This document shows, piece after piece, positions 32,032 to 43,798 of a stretch of DNA of 64,000 bases. The number at the start of each line of letters is the position of its first letter. The first letter of the stretch is position 1. The notes beneath the pieces were generated by a model, which did not search any database, was not told the origin of the DNA, and saw only the letters and a program-made list of their open reading frames with translations. Source of the DNA: Rhodospirillaceae bacterium (GTDB lineage: Bacteria > Pseudomonadota > Alphaproteobacteria > GCA-2731375); contig JABIWH010000044.1 in assembly GCA_018701215.1 (NCBI GenBank), positions 4,674 to 68,673 on the forward strand, given 5' to 3'. The position numbers and the translations under genes are program-made.

Positions 32032-32358
32032 TCAGCGGACGGTGGATTTGGTCGTCGGAATAATCCGCGTCACCACATTGTTTGGCCGGTCCAGATAGTC
32101 CGGTACCCTGGGCGCCATCTCGTTCTTCCAATAGTCCGACTCGTAGACGGCTTTGTAGAGTTCTTCCCGCTGCGCCTCGCTTTCAAAACGGCGCAGCCAG
32201 ACATAGACGCTGTCATCGTCCTCGCCCTGAAAGCTGCCGCAGATGACCATGCCCTTGGAAACCTGAAAGGGGATGATCTCGTCCTCCATCACCTTGACCC
32301 AGGCATCGATCTTGCCGGGTAGGACTTTGTATTGGCGCAGTTCATAGAAAGCGGACAT
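32032..32358 (-). CDS. NIPSNAP-family protein
   Basis: MSAFYELRQYKVLPGKIDAWVKVMEDE...VYVWLRRFESEAQRE, a dimeric alpha-beta barrel signature. Start at ATG 32358. Confidence 0.8.
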   Translation of the reverse strand: MSAFYELRQYKVLPGKIDAWVKVMEDEIIPFQVSKGMVICGSFQGEDDDSVYVWLRRFESEAQREELYKAVYESDYWKNEMAPRVPDYLDRPNNVVTRIIPTTKSTVR

Positions 32359-32460
32359 GGCGTTACCTTTGTATGTATGATTGGAAAAATTTGGCTTGCT
32401 CGCCCCTGAGTGTAGGGCAGATAGGGATTGCCAACAATGCATCGCAAAGGGCGGTAGATC

Positions 32461-33726
<1,266 letters not shown>

Positions 33727-33745
33727 ATATTAAGGGAGAAAGAAT

Positions 33746-34441
33746 ATGGGTCAGGATATAGAGATCACGGCAACGGGCGGCGGCGCCTTCGACGCCTACC
33801 TGGCGCTGCCCGAAAGCACGCCGGCACCGGGCATTGTGCTGCTGCCAGAAGTCTTCAACACCAACGATCATATCCGCTCGGTCGCCGACGGTTTCGCCGC
33901 CGAAGGCTTCACCGTCATCGCCCCGGACGTCTATTGGCGCCAGGAAGCCGGCTGTTACCTGCCCTACACCGACGAGGGCCGGGCCAAGGCGCAAGCCTTG
34001 CGCGCCGATTTGGACACGGATCAATTCGCCAATGACCTGGGCGATACCGTTGCCGCCCTGAAGGCACGGCCCGACTGTAGCGGAAAAGTTGGCGTGGTCG
34101 GCTTTTGTCTGGGCGGCAAGTTCACCTATCTCTCCGCCACGCGGCATGAAATCGACGCCGCGGTGAGCTACTACGGCGTTCAGATCCACGAATATCTGGA
34201 CGAAGCCGAAAATCTGCACTGCCCGATCCTCATGCACTTCGCCGGCATCGACCCGCACGTGCCCCAGGACACCGTCGATGCCATTCAGGCCCACATGGGG
34301 GCATGGGATAATGTGGACATACATCTCTATCCCGGCGCCGAGCACGGCTTTAACCGAGACGGCTATCCACCCTACAGCGAAGCGGCGGCGGGCCCGGCAA
34401 TGCAGCGCACCCTGGCGCATTTTCGCAAGCTGCTGCGCTGA
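33746..34441 (+). CDS. Dienelactone hydrolase family protein
   Basis: 231 aa. Nucleophile motif VVGFCLGGKF, plus Asp and His (YPGAEHGF) in typical DLH positions. Confidence 0.85.
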   Translation: MGQDIEITATGGGAFDAYLALPESTPAPGIVLLPEVFNTNDHIRSVADGFAAEGFTVIAPDVYWRQEAGCYLPYTDEGRAKAQALRADLDTDQFANDLGDTVAALKARPDCSGKVGVVGFCLGGKFTYLSATRHEIDAAVSYYGVQIHEYLDEAENLHCPILMHFAGIDPHVPQDTVDAIQAHMGAWDNVDIHLYPGAEHGFNRDGYPPYSEAAAGPAMQRTLAHFRKLLR

Positions 34442-34472
34442 CGCGGCATCTTTGGCTTTGAGGAGACGATAG

Positions 34473-35408
34473 ATGAAAGCGGTTGTGACCAATGCGAAGC
34501 TGCCGGGCTGCCTGGAAATTGGCGAGGCGGCGGACCCGGTCGCCGATTCCAACCAGGCGGTTATCGAAGTGACGGCTTTTTCCCTAAACCGGGGCGAGTT
34601 GCGCCGCGCCGAGACAGCGCCCGGCGGCACGCAGATCGGCTGGGACCTGGCCGGCGTGGTCAAGACCGCCGCCCGCGACGGCAGCGGCCCGGGCCAGGGC
34701 GCGCGGGTCGTCGGCTTCTCCCGCCGCATGCAGGGCTGGGCCCAGTACGTGGCCCTGCCGACGGTGGATTTCGCCGTCATCCCCGATGCGGTCTCCGACA
34801 ATGATGCGGCGACCCTGCCGGTTGCCGGCCTGACCGCGCTTTATGCGCTTGAACGCTGTGAGCGGCTGTTGGGCAGCAAAGTGCTGGTGACGGGGGCCAG
34901 CGGCGGGGTTGGTTATTTCGCCTGCCAACTGGGCCGGTTGATGGGCGCGGAAGTCACCGCGCAACTGCGCCGCCCGGATTTCGCAGACATGGTGCGCGCG
35001 ACGGGCGTCAGCGACGTGGTCATATCAGCCGATGGCGCGGCGCTGGAAGACCGGGGAAAATTCCGCTCGATCATTGACGGCGTCGGCGGACAGATACTCT
35101 CCAAGCTGTTGTCACAATTGGACGAGCGCGGCCGGGCAATTCTTTACGGCGTCAGCGCCGGCGCCGAAACCGGCTTGGCGGTGCGCGATTTGATGTTCAC
35201 CGGCGACGGCCGTGTCGAGGGTTTCCATCTCTACCGGGAATCGGAGATCGAGACAGCAGCCAAGGGGCTGGATCGCCTGTTGGCTCTGTTGGCCGACGGC
35301 CGCCTGACGACCCATGTGCCGGTGACCGGTAATTGGGAGAAGATCGGCGAGACGGCGGCGCAGTTGATAGGCCGTGATTTCGCCGGCAAGGCCGTGCTGA
35401 CAATTTAG
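34473..35408 (+). CDS. MDR-superfamily NAD(P)-dependent oxidoreductase (quinone oxidoreductase-like)
   Basis: 311 aa. VLVTGASGGVGYFACQLG dinucleotide-binding motif. No catalytic zinc ligands seen. Confidence 0.8.
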   Translation: MKAVVTNAKLPGCLEIGEAADPVADSNQAVIEVTAFSLNRGELRRAETAPGGTQIGWDLAGVVKTAARDGSGPGQGARVVGFSRRMQGWAQYVALPTVDFAVIPDAVSDNDAATLPVAGLTALYALERCERLLGSKVLVTGASGGVGYFACQLGRLMGAEVTAQLRRPDFADMVRATGVSDVVISADGAALEDRGKFRSIIDGVGGQILSKLLSQLDERGRAILYGVSAGAETGLAVRDLMFTGDGRVEGFHLYRESEIETAAKGLDRLLALLADGRLTTHVPVTGNWEKIGETAAQLIGRDFAGKAVLTI

Positions 35409-35421
35409 ACAGAATCTCTAG

Positions 35422-36336
35422 CTAAATAGGATCCCTGGCCCAGCCATCCAAAATCGCGCGCAGCGCCGCGACGAAGGCCAGGGGCTGATCCAACATGACG
35501 TGATGATAGGCGTCGGGGATCTCCACCACCGGTGCCTTGGCGCCCATCACCGATGACATATAGGCGACCGTCCGTTTCGAGACGACGGCGCTGTTTTCCC
35601 CATAGATCAGCGCGGCACGGCATTTCAAGGCTTTCAGTTCCTCGCCATAAGGTTCGCCGAAGCGCCGTTCGCCCATGACCTTGAAATCAAACTTCCAGGT
35701 CCAGCCGCCGCTGACCTGCTTGATCGAGGTGCGGGCAATAAAATCGGTGATATAGGCGTTCTCGCAAGGCTGCTCCGGCATCAGGCGAAACCGGGCCAGC
35801 GTTGTCGGCAGATCGGGGTGGATCGTCGGCCCGGTTCTGGTCGGCACCGGCGGTTGCGGCAAGGGCGTGTCATGGGGGTCCTGCACGGGAGAATCCACGA
35901 TCACCGTCCCCGACAAGGTTTCGCCGTGCTCGGCGCCGTACTTCATGGCAATGAGCCCGCCAAAGCTGTGGCCGACAACCAACGGGCGTGGCCCGAGGTT
36001 GGCATCTTGCAGTACCGCACCGACTTCCCGGGCCCAGGTGTCGGGCAAATACTTTTGCCGCGCGCCGCTGTCGCCCATGCCCGATAGGTCAATGGCGGCA
36101 ACCCGGAAAGGCTCGGCAAAAAAGGGCGCAATAAACCGCCACCAATTGGCATGCGCGCCGCCGCCATGGATCAACAAGAGGCCCGGACGATGCTCCTCTT
36201 GTGAGCCATCATCGTCATCAAACCAGGTCAAATAATGGATGGCGCAGCCGTCCACATCGACAAACCGGGACTGGGTTGGCTTATCGATGGCGCGCTGAAA
36301 CCATTCCGGTGCGTTTGTTGCTGTTTCGTCTGCCAT
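35422..36336 (-). CDS. Alpha/beta-fold hydrolase
   Basis: 304 aa. LLLIHGGGAHANWW and nucleophile elbow VVGHSFGG. Confidence 0.8.
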   Translation of the reverse strand: MADETATNAPEWFQRAIDKPTQSRFVDVDGCAIHYLTWFDDDDGSQEEHRPGLLLIHGGGAHANWWRFIAPFFAEPFRVAAIDLSGMGDSGARQKYLPDTWAREVGAVLQDANLGPRPLVVGHSFGGLIAMKYGAEHGETLSGTVIVDSPVQDPHDTPLPQPPVPTRTGPTIHPDLPTTLARFRLMPEQPCENAYITDFIARTSIKQVSGGWTWKFDFKVMGERRFGEPYGEELKALKCRAALIYGENSAVVSKRTVAYMSSVMGAKAPVVEIPDAYHHVMLDQPLAFVAALRAILDGWARDPI

Positions 36337-36514
36337 GGCGCCCGTCGTGATCCCCTAAGTTAACTGAAATATGCGCCAGAAGGCAGCGAGGAACAAGACG
36401 GCCCGGGCTTGATCGGCGCATGTGGTACAGACAAGGATCGAGTATGGTAGCGTAGATATCGCCCGGCCGGCCGCTGCTTGCCGGGATTCTCTTTGTAGGA
36501 ACAGATCACCGGCC

Positions 36515-37723
36515 ATGCGCGAACTGCTGCAATCCAAAATCCGCATCGCCCTGCCGGCAATGCTGGCGATACAATCCTTCGGCACCATGTGCAGCTTTGC
36601 CGCCGCCGTCGTGGCGGTGCAGGCTGCCGCTGATCTTGGTGTGAAGGCCACGAGCATCGGCATCTATATGGCCGTGCTGTACGTCGTCGGCATGCTGACG
36701 GGTCTGGGCGCGGGCAGCTTTCTGGCCCGCTTTGGTGTCATTCGTATTTGCCAGGCCGCCTTGTTGGCCGCCGCCATGGGCCTCTGGCTGGCCGGCGCTA
36801 TTCCGATATGGTGGATGGCCCTGTCCAGCGCCGCGCTGATTGGCTTAGCCATGGGACCGCTTAACCCGGCCAGTTCGCGGATCCTGGCGCGGCATGCACC
36901 GGAACGCTGGCAACCCCTGGTATTTTCCCTAAAGCAAACGGGAACGCCCATGGGCGGCATGCTGGCTGGGCTGCTGCTGCCGCCGTTAATGGCGCTGTAT
37001 GATTGGCGGATCGCCATCGTCGCGATCACCGTCCTACCGCTCCTCACCCTATTTGGCGTACAGGTTATCCGCAACGATCTCGATGATGACCGGGACCCCA
37101 GCTATCCAATCAGTCTGGCCGGCGTCGCGGACTCCCTGCGGGTGATTGTTAGGTCCAAGCCGCTCCTAACGCTGGCCGCGGCTGGCTATTTTTATACCTT
37201 CACACAGATGGCCATTCTGGCCTTCATAGTGATCTATCTGGAAGAAGCGAACGATCTTTCGACTGAATTCGCCGGCGGCATTTTCGCCATCATCCACGGC
37301 TCCGCCATCCCGGCACGCATCGCCTGGGGGGCCGTCGCGGGCCGTTTCCTTAGAAGCTGGGTGTTGCTTGGCCTGATCGGTATCATGATGTCCGCCAGTA
37401 TCGTCGCCATGAGCTTTTTCAGCCCGGCCTGGCCTTTCTGGCTGACCGCGCTGATCGCGGTCATGCTGGGCGCCAGCACCAATGGCGTGCTTGGCCTGTT
37501 GCTATCCGAATTCTCCCGCCTCGCCCCGCCGGGCAAGGTTGGCGAGGTCGTGGGCGGCGGGCAATTCTTCCTGTTCTTCGGCATCGTCTCCGGCCCGCCG
37601 GTGTTTGGCGCCATGATCGAGTTTGGCGGCGGTTACACCAACGCCTTCTATCTAATCGCCGCCGCATCGTTTGCCGCCGGCGTCTACCTGTTGCTGACCG
37701 CCCGGCGCGGCAGGGTGCGATGA
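36515..37723 (+). CDS. MFS transporter
   Basis: About 12 TM segments. Start set at MRELLQSK; the longest ORF starts at 36422. Confidence 0.8.
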   Translation: MRELLQSKIRIALPAMLAIQSFGTMCSFAAAVVAVQAAADLGVKATSIGIYMAVLYVVGMLTGLGAGSFLARFGVIRICQAALLAAAMGLWLAGAIPIWWMALSSAALIGLAMGPLNPASSRILARHAPERWQPLVFSLKQTGTPMGGMLAGLLLPPLMALYDWRIAIVAITVLPLLTLFGVQVIRNDLDDDRDPSYPISLAGVADSLRVIVRSKPLLTLAAAGYFYTFTQMAILAFIVIYLEEANDLSTEFAGGIFAIIHGSAIPARIAWGAVAGRFLRSWVLLGLIGIMMSASIVAMSFFSPAWPFWLTALIAVMLGASTNGVLGLLLSEFSRLAPPGKVGEVVGGGQFFLFFGIVSGPPVFGAMIEFGGGYTNAFYLIAAASFAAGVYLLLTARRGRVR

Positions 37724-37863
37724 ACATGTCGCCGAGAACATGCCCTGGCCTCACAGCCTGGATGTGCTAAAATAGAGCATGGAATGTTGTATTGTGATGG
37801 AAACGGGTCTCCATTCATAATCAACGCCAACCACATTAACCTCAAGAACAAGGCGATGGCACA

Positions 37864-39579
37864 ATGCGGAAATATTTGCACATAAACCTCGATGATCAAT
37901 CCACCGAGACCGAGGAGTTGAACGGCGCGGCGTGCATTCGCGTAGGCCGGCATTTCATTGCCAAAACCCTACTGGACAAGGGTGCGGCGAAGGTCGACCC
38001 GCTGTCGCCGGGCAATCCGTTGATCTTTTCCGCCGGGCCGTTGGCCGGCACCAACTTTTCCAACGCCAACCGCATCTCCGTCGGCTGCAAAAGCCCGCTG
38101 ACCGGCGGCATCAAGGAAGCCAACGCCGGCGGCACCTTTGCCTTTGCCCTGGGCCAATGCGAAATTTCCGGCATAACCCTGATGGGCGCCGCGTCGGACT
38201 GGGTGATCATCCGCGTCACCAAGGACGGCAAAATCAGCTTTGACGACGCTACGCCGTTTCTGGGCATGGGCAATATCGAAACCGCGGCCCTGCTGTTCGA
38301 AAAATACGGCGACAAGATCTCCATGGGACTGTGCAGCCCGGTCGGCGAATACGGCGGCCTGGTTGCCGGCATCTCTTTCCCCGATCCCGAGGGCCGGCCG
38401 GTACGGATCGCGGCGCGCGGCGGCGTCGGCGCGGTGATGGGTAGCAAGAAGGTCAAGGCGATCGTCGTCGACATGAACAAAATGCCTACTTTCCATGACC
38501 GCAAGAAGGTCATGGGCGGGGTGCGCGAATACGGCAAATTGCTGCGCGAGGACAAGGCGATCGAGGCCTTCTCCATGTACGGCACGGCGATGGTCAGCGA
38601 TCTGACCAACCAGTTGGGCGGCCTGCCAACACGCAATTTCAGCGACGGGCGGCTGGTCGATGCTTCGGAAGAGACCCTAAAGCTGGGCGGCAGCTATATC
38701 CGCGATCTGACCATCGAACGGGGCGGCGAGCCGACCCATGCCTGCATGCCCGGTTGCATGATCAAATGCTCCAATGTCTATGTGGATGATAAGGGCGAGG
38801 AAATGGTCTCGCCGTTGGAGTATGAATCCCTTGGCCTGCTGGGCAGCAACTGCGGCCTGAAGGATCCCGATGACGTGGCCCGGACGAACCATCAATGCAA
38901 CGACCTAGGCATCGATACGATCGAGGTCGGGGCCATGTTGGGCGTGCTGATGGAGGCCGGCGAAGGCGAATTCGGCGATGCCGATTTCATGCTGGCCGCA
39001 ATGGACGATATCCGCGCGGGCAACGAACGTGGCCGCATCCTGGCCCAGGGCGCCGGCCTGGTTGGCAAACATTATGATGTCGCCCGCGTACCGGTGATCA
39101 AGAACCAGGGCATCAGCGCCTATGACCCCCGCGCCATTGAGGTTACCGGCATCTCCATGATGATGACCGCGCAGGGCGCCGATCATACGACGGGCAACAT
39201 TCCCGGCCACAAGAGCGCCGATATGACGACCGAGGAATTGACCGAGGCCAGCCTGGATATCCAGGAAGATTGCGCGGCGGCGGATTCCCTGGGCCTCTGC
39301 CTGTTTGGACGCTCGGTTACCAACGTCAACCAAGACTTGATCGTCGGCGCCCTCAACGATGCCCACGGCACCAATTTCGACGCCTCCTTCATGAAGGATC
39401 TGGGCCGCGAAGCGTTAGAGATGGAATGGGAATTCAACCGCCAGGCCGGCTTCACCGAGGACGATGACGAGCTGCCGTCGTTCTTCTACGACGAAAGCCT
39501 GGAGCCCACGGGCAAGACCGCCCGCCATCACAGTGGTCAGGTGAACCAGCATATGCGCAAGCTGCTGGCGGCTGAATAG
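37864..39579 (+). CDS. Aldehyde:ferredoxin oxidoreductase-family (tungsto/molybdo-pterin) enzyme
   Basis: 571 aa. AOR N-domain (FSAGPLAGTNFSNANR, KSPLTGG). Fe-S cysteines HACMPGCMIKC and DSLGLCLFG. Confidence 0.85.
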   Translation: MRKYLHINLDDQSTETEELNGAACIRVGRHFIAKTLLDKGAAKVDPLSPGNPLIFSAGPLAGTNFSNANRISVGCKSPLTGGIKEANAGGTFAFALGQCEISGITLMGAASDWVIIRVTKDGKISFDDATPFLGMGNIETAALLFEKYGDKISMGLCSPVGEYGGLVAGISFPDPEGRPVRIAARGGVGAVMGSKKVKAIVVDMNKMPTFHDRKKVMGGVREYGKLLREDKAIEAFSMYGTAMVSDLTNQLGGLPTRNFSDGRLVDASEETLKLGGSYIRDLTIERGGEPTHACMPGCMIKCSNVYVDDKGEEMVSPLEYESLGLLGSNCGLKDPDDVARTNHQCNDLGIDTIEVGAMLGVLMEAGEGEFGDADFMLAAMDDIRAGNERGRILAQGAGLVGKHYDVARVPVIKNQGISAYDPRAIEVTGISMMMTAQGADHTTGNIPGHKSADMTTEELTEASLDIQEDCAAADSLGLCLFGRSVTNVNQDLIVGALNDAHGTNFDASFMKDLGREALEMEWEFNRQAGFTEDDDELPSFFYDESLEPTGKTARHHSGQVNQHMRKLLAAE

Positions 39580-39617
39580 AGCGCGCAGGCGCTTTAATCA
39601 GGCGGCAATTGTAGATG

Positions 39618-39650
39618 GGGGCGGCCAGGTGCCGCCCCTAGTTGTTGTGG
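39618..39650 (+). terminator. Candidate terminator after the AOR gene
   Basis: GGGGCGGC-caggt-GCCGCCCC followed by TAGTTGTTGT. Confidence 0.45.
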
Positions 39651-39668
39651 CGCGGCTTGGTGCCAGCC

Positions 39669-39682
39669 TTGATTTCCTTCAA
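39669..39682. promoter_or_regulatory. Candidate FNR/FixK box
   Basis: TTGATTTCCTTCAA matches TTGA-N6-TCAA and 9/10 of TTGAT-N4-ATCAA. Lies about 90 nt upstream of the GST start. About one such match is expected by chance in 64 kb. Confidence 0.3.
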
Positions 39683-39767
39683 CATTCCGCGACTCATACC
39701 TTGCCAATTCTTCTCCGCTGGTCTTACATGCGCCGGCAAGATTAAACAATCAGGGGGAAATTTCAGC

Positions 39768-40379
39768 ATGAAATTGTACAATTCCATCGGCCCGAATCCG
39801 CGCGTTGTCCGCATGTTCATGGCCGAAAAGGGCATTGATCTGCCCATGGACGATGTTGATATCGTCGCCGGCGTAAACCGCCAATCTGACTATCTACAGC
39901 TAAATCCATCCGGACAATGTCCGGCGCTAGAGCTTGACGACGGCAGTATTCTGGCCGAAATCACGGCGATCTGCGAATATCTCGAGGACCGCTATCCTGA
40001 ACCGCCGCTGGTCGGCGCCACGGCGGAGGAGAAGGCGGAAACCCGCATGTGGACCCGGCGCATTGATCTGAACATCTGCGAGCCCATGGGCAATGGCTTC
40101 CGCTATTCCACCGGTCTGAAGATGTTTCAAGACCGCGTGCGCTGCATGCCCCAGGCGGCGGATGACTTAAAGGCGGCGACCCAGGACAAATTGCAGTGGC
40201 TGGATCAACAGATGGCGGGCAAAAGCTTTGTCGTGGGCGAACGGTTGACCCTGGCCGACATTCTGCTGTTCGGCTTCCTCGATTTCTTTGCCGGCGTGGA
40301 TCAACCCATTGATCAATCGCTGGCGAATATCACCGCCTGGCACGCACGCATGCAAGCCCGGCCCAGCGCCACGGCCTGA
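39768..40379 (+). CDS. Glutathione S-transferase
   Basis: MKLYNSIGPNPRVVRMFMAEKG... has a thioredoxin-like N-domain plus a GST C-domain. AGGGGGA Shine-Dalgarno upstream. The longest ORF starts at 39642. Confidence 0.85.
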   Translation: MKLYNSIGPNPRVVRMFMAEKGIDLPMDDVDIVAGVNRQSDYLQLNPSGQCPALELDDGSILAEITAICEYLEDRYPEPPLVGATAEEKAETRMWTRRIDLNICEPMGNGFRYSTGLKMFQDRVRCMPQAADDLKAATQDKLQWLDQQMAGKSFVVGERLTLADILLFGFLDFFAGVDQPIDQSLANITAWHARMQARPSATA

Positions 40380-40445
40380 TAACCGCGCGCCCATAGTGAC
40401 GCCAAGAATACCAATTGAAAAACAATTCCAGCAAAGGAACAATCC

Positions 40446-40946
40446 ATGGACGACGACGCAAAAAAAACAGCCCTGCGCATGATTCCCTACGGCATCTATG
40501 TGATGACGGCGGAAAACGACGGTGAAGTCGCCGCCGCCACGGTCAACTGGGTAACGCAGACCTCTTTCGCGCCGCCCCTGGTCGTGGTTGGTGCAAAAGC
40601 GGACTCGGGCGCCTACACCATCGCCAAGGCGGCCGGGAACTTCACCCTGAACATGCTGGGCAAGGGACAGCAGGGCATGGCCTTTGGCTTTTTCAAGCCC
40701 GCCACCCGCGACGGCAACACGGTCAGCGGCGAGCCCTTTCAGATGGGCGGCAACGGCGCCCCCATTCTGGATAACGCCATCGCTTCGGTGCAATGCAAGA
40801 TCGTCGAGATCGTCGAACAGGGCGATCACCACATCCTGATTGGCGAAGTGGTTGACGCCAATGTCGCCAAGGCGCCCGAAGGCCGCGCCGATGAAGCCAT
40901 CCTTGAGATGAAGGAGCTAGGCGACAACGTTTTCTACGGCGGCTAG
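40446..40946 (+). CDS. Flavin reductase-like (FMN-binding split-barrel) protein
   Basis: 166 aa. RMIPYGIYVMTA...AATVNWVTQTSFAPPLVVV...GDHHILIGEVV. Confidence 0.8.
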   Translation: MDDDAKKTALRMIPYGIYVMTAENDGEVAAATVNWVTQTSFAPPLVVVGAKADSGAYTIAKAAGNFTLNMLGKGQQGMAFGFFKPATRDGNTVSGEPFQMGGNGAPILDNAIASVQCKIVEIVEQGDHHILIGEVVDANVAKAPEGRADEAILEMKELGDNVFYGG

Positions 40947-41068
40947 GGCGTTCTAGCGTTTGGACTACTCGCCCGCTCCCCCGTCGCCGCCACCCACAGG
41001 GTACCATTAATGGCTGGCCAGGACGGGCGCGCGGACGGCCCGGTGATGCGACGAATATCGAACATGCC

Positions 41069-41332
41069 TTAATGCAGTATTTTATCTGCGTCCAGGTGGC
41101 GAAACCGTGATGGCGTGATCAGTTTGGCCGAGGCGACACGGACCGAATGCAACGGGCCGTCCAGGTGTTTTTCCCAGAACGCAAGGAATTCATGCAGGCG
41201 GGGAAAACGCGGCGCCAGATCATATTCCTGCCATAAATAGGTCTGCAACAAGGCCGGCCAATCCGGTAGCCGATAGGTGATTTCCGCCGTCGTCAGACGA
41301 TAACCGTCCAGCTGCGTCTTTATCGTGGCCAT
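41069..41332 (-). CDS. Usg-family protein
   Basis: 87 aa. LTTAEITYRLPDWPALLQTYLWQEYDLAPRFPRL..FLAFWEKHLDGPLHSVRV is the alphaproteobacterial Usg-like family signature. Confidence 0.85.
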   Translation of the reverse strand: MATIKTQLDGYRLTTAEITYRLPDWPALLQTYLWQEYDLAPRFPRLHEFLAFWEKHLDGPLHSVRVASAKLITPSRFRHLDADKILH

Positions 41333-41432
41333 GATGTTGCTCCTTTTTTGCTCATCGAACCACCTCTTCTATGTTTCACATAATCCCACAAAGATCTTAA
41401 CGGTCCGTTGAAAGTTGTGCAAATTCAAAGGC

Positions 41433-41459
41433 TTGGCACTCACCAGGCAAGGTGGCTAA
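41433..41459 (+). promoter_or_regulatory. Degenerate CIRCE-like element (upstream copy)
   Basis: TTGGCACTC-N9-GGTGGCTAA. The left arm matches the CIRCE consensus 8/9; the right arm is degenerate. Confidence 0.3.
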
Positions 41460-41491
41460 CAGATTTTATTGAACAGAGAGAAAAAGAAGTA

Positions 41492-41520
41492 CTTGAACCT
41501 GGAGCCCGCCTCGCCTAAAT
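41492..41520 (+). promoter_or_regulatory. Candidate sigma32 (RpoH)-type promoter of groESL
   Basis: CTTGAA-N16-CCTAAAT, immediately upstream of CIRCE. Confidence 0.45.
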
Positions 41521-41522
41521 CA

Positions 41523-41549
41523 CTGGCACTCGCCGCCATAGAGTGCTAG
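41523..41549 (+). promoter_or_regulatory. CIRCE operator (HrcA binding site)
   Basis: CTGGCACTC-N9-GAGTGCTAG versus consensus TTAGCACTC-N9-GAGTGCTAA. Lies 85 nt upstream of groES. Confidence 0.8.
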
Positions 41550-41633
41550 CAAGCGCCCTTGGCGGCTGAAATTAGCGAAACCGCTATCGATTAAACCCTA
41601 TTTTTTGCAACCTACAGCGACTGTGAGGACTCC

Positions 41634-41972
41634 ATGAAGCTTCGTCCGCTGAACGACCGCGTGCTGATCAAGCGCGCCGATGAGGACACCAAAACCGCCG
41701 GCGGTATTATCATTCCCGATACGGCACAGGAAAAACCAATGCAGGGCATCATCATGGGCGTCGGCCCTGGCGCCCGCGATGAAAAGGGCGAGCGCGTTGC
41801 CCTCACCGTCAAGAACGGTGATCGCGTACTGTTCGGCAAATGGTCCGGCACCGAGGTGACCTTGGACGGCCAAGAACTGCTGATTATGAATGAATCCGAC
41901 ATCATGGCCGTGCTTGAGGAGAAATCCGCCAAGCCCGCCAAGAAGGCGAAAAAAGGCAAAAAGGCAGCTTAA
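41634..41972 (+). CDS. groES: Co-chaperonin GroES with Lys-rich C-terminal extension
   Basis: [14 protein letters not shown]...[15 protein letters not shown].. with the extra tail [18 protein letters not shown]. Confidence 0.95.
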   Translation: MKLRPLNDRVLIKRADEDTKTAGGIIIPDTAQEKPMQGIIMGVGPGARDEKGERVALTVKNGDRVLFGKWSGTEVTLDGQELLIMNESDIMAVLEEKSAKPAKKAKKGKKAA

Positions 41973-42005
41973 AGGCTGCCTTTGTTCCTTTTACCCACTG
42001 CCTGA

Positions 42006-43718
<1,713 letters not shown>

Positions 43719-43754
43719 GCCACTCGCCAATACGCACATAACCCTAAAGATCAG

Positions 43755-43787
43755 GGGGTCGCGCCAGTCCGGCGCGGCCCCTTTTTC
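43755..43787 (+). terminator. Rho-independent terminator of groESL
   Basis: GGGGTCGCGCC-agtcc-GGCGCGGCCCC followed by TTTTT. Confidence 0.8.
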
Positions 43788-43798
43788 TTGCCTCTATG

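Noticed and set aside
37724-37863. Possible Moco/Wco riboswitch upstream of the aldehyde:ferredoxin oxidoreductase gene
   Set aside because: Only a weak 5-bp hairpin is present. I could not recognise the conserved Moco-motif helices by eye. A covariance-model scan would be needed to exclude it formally.
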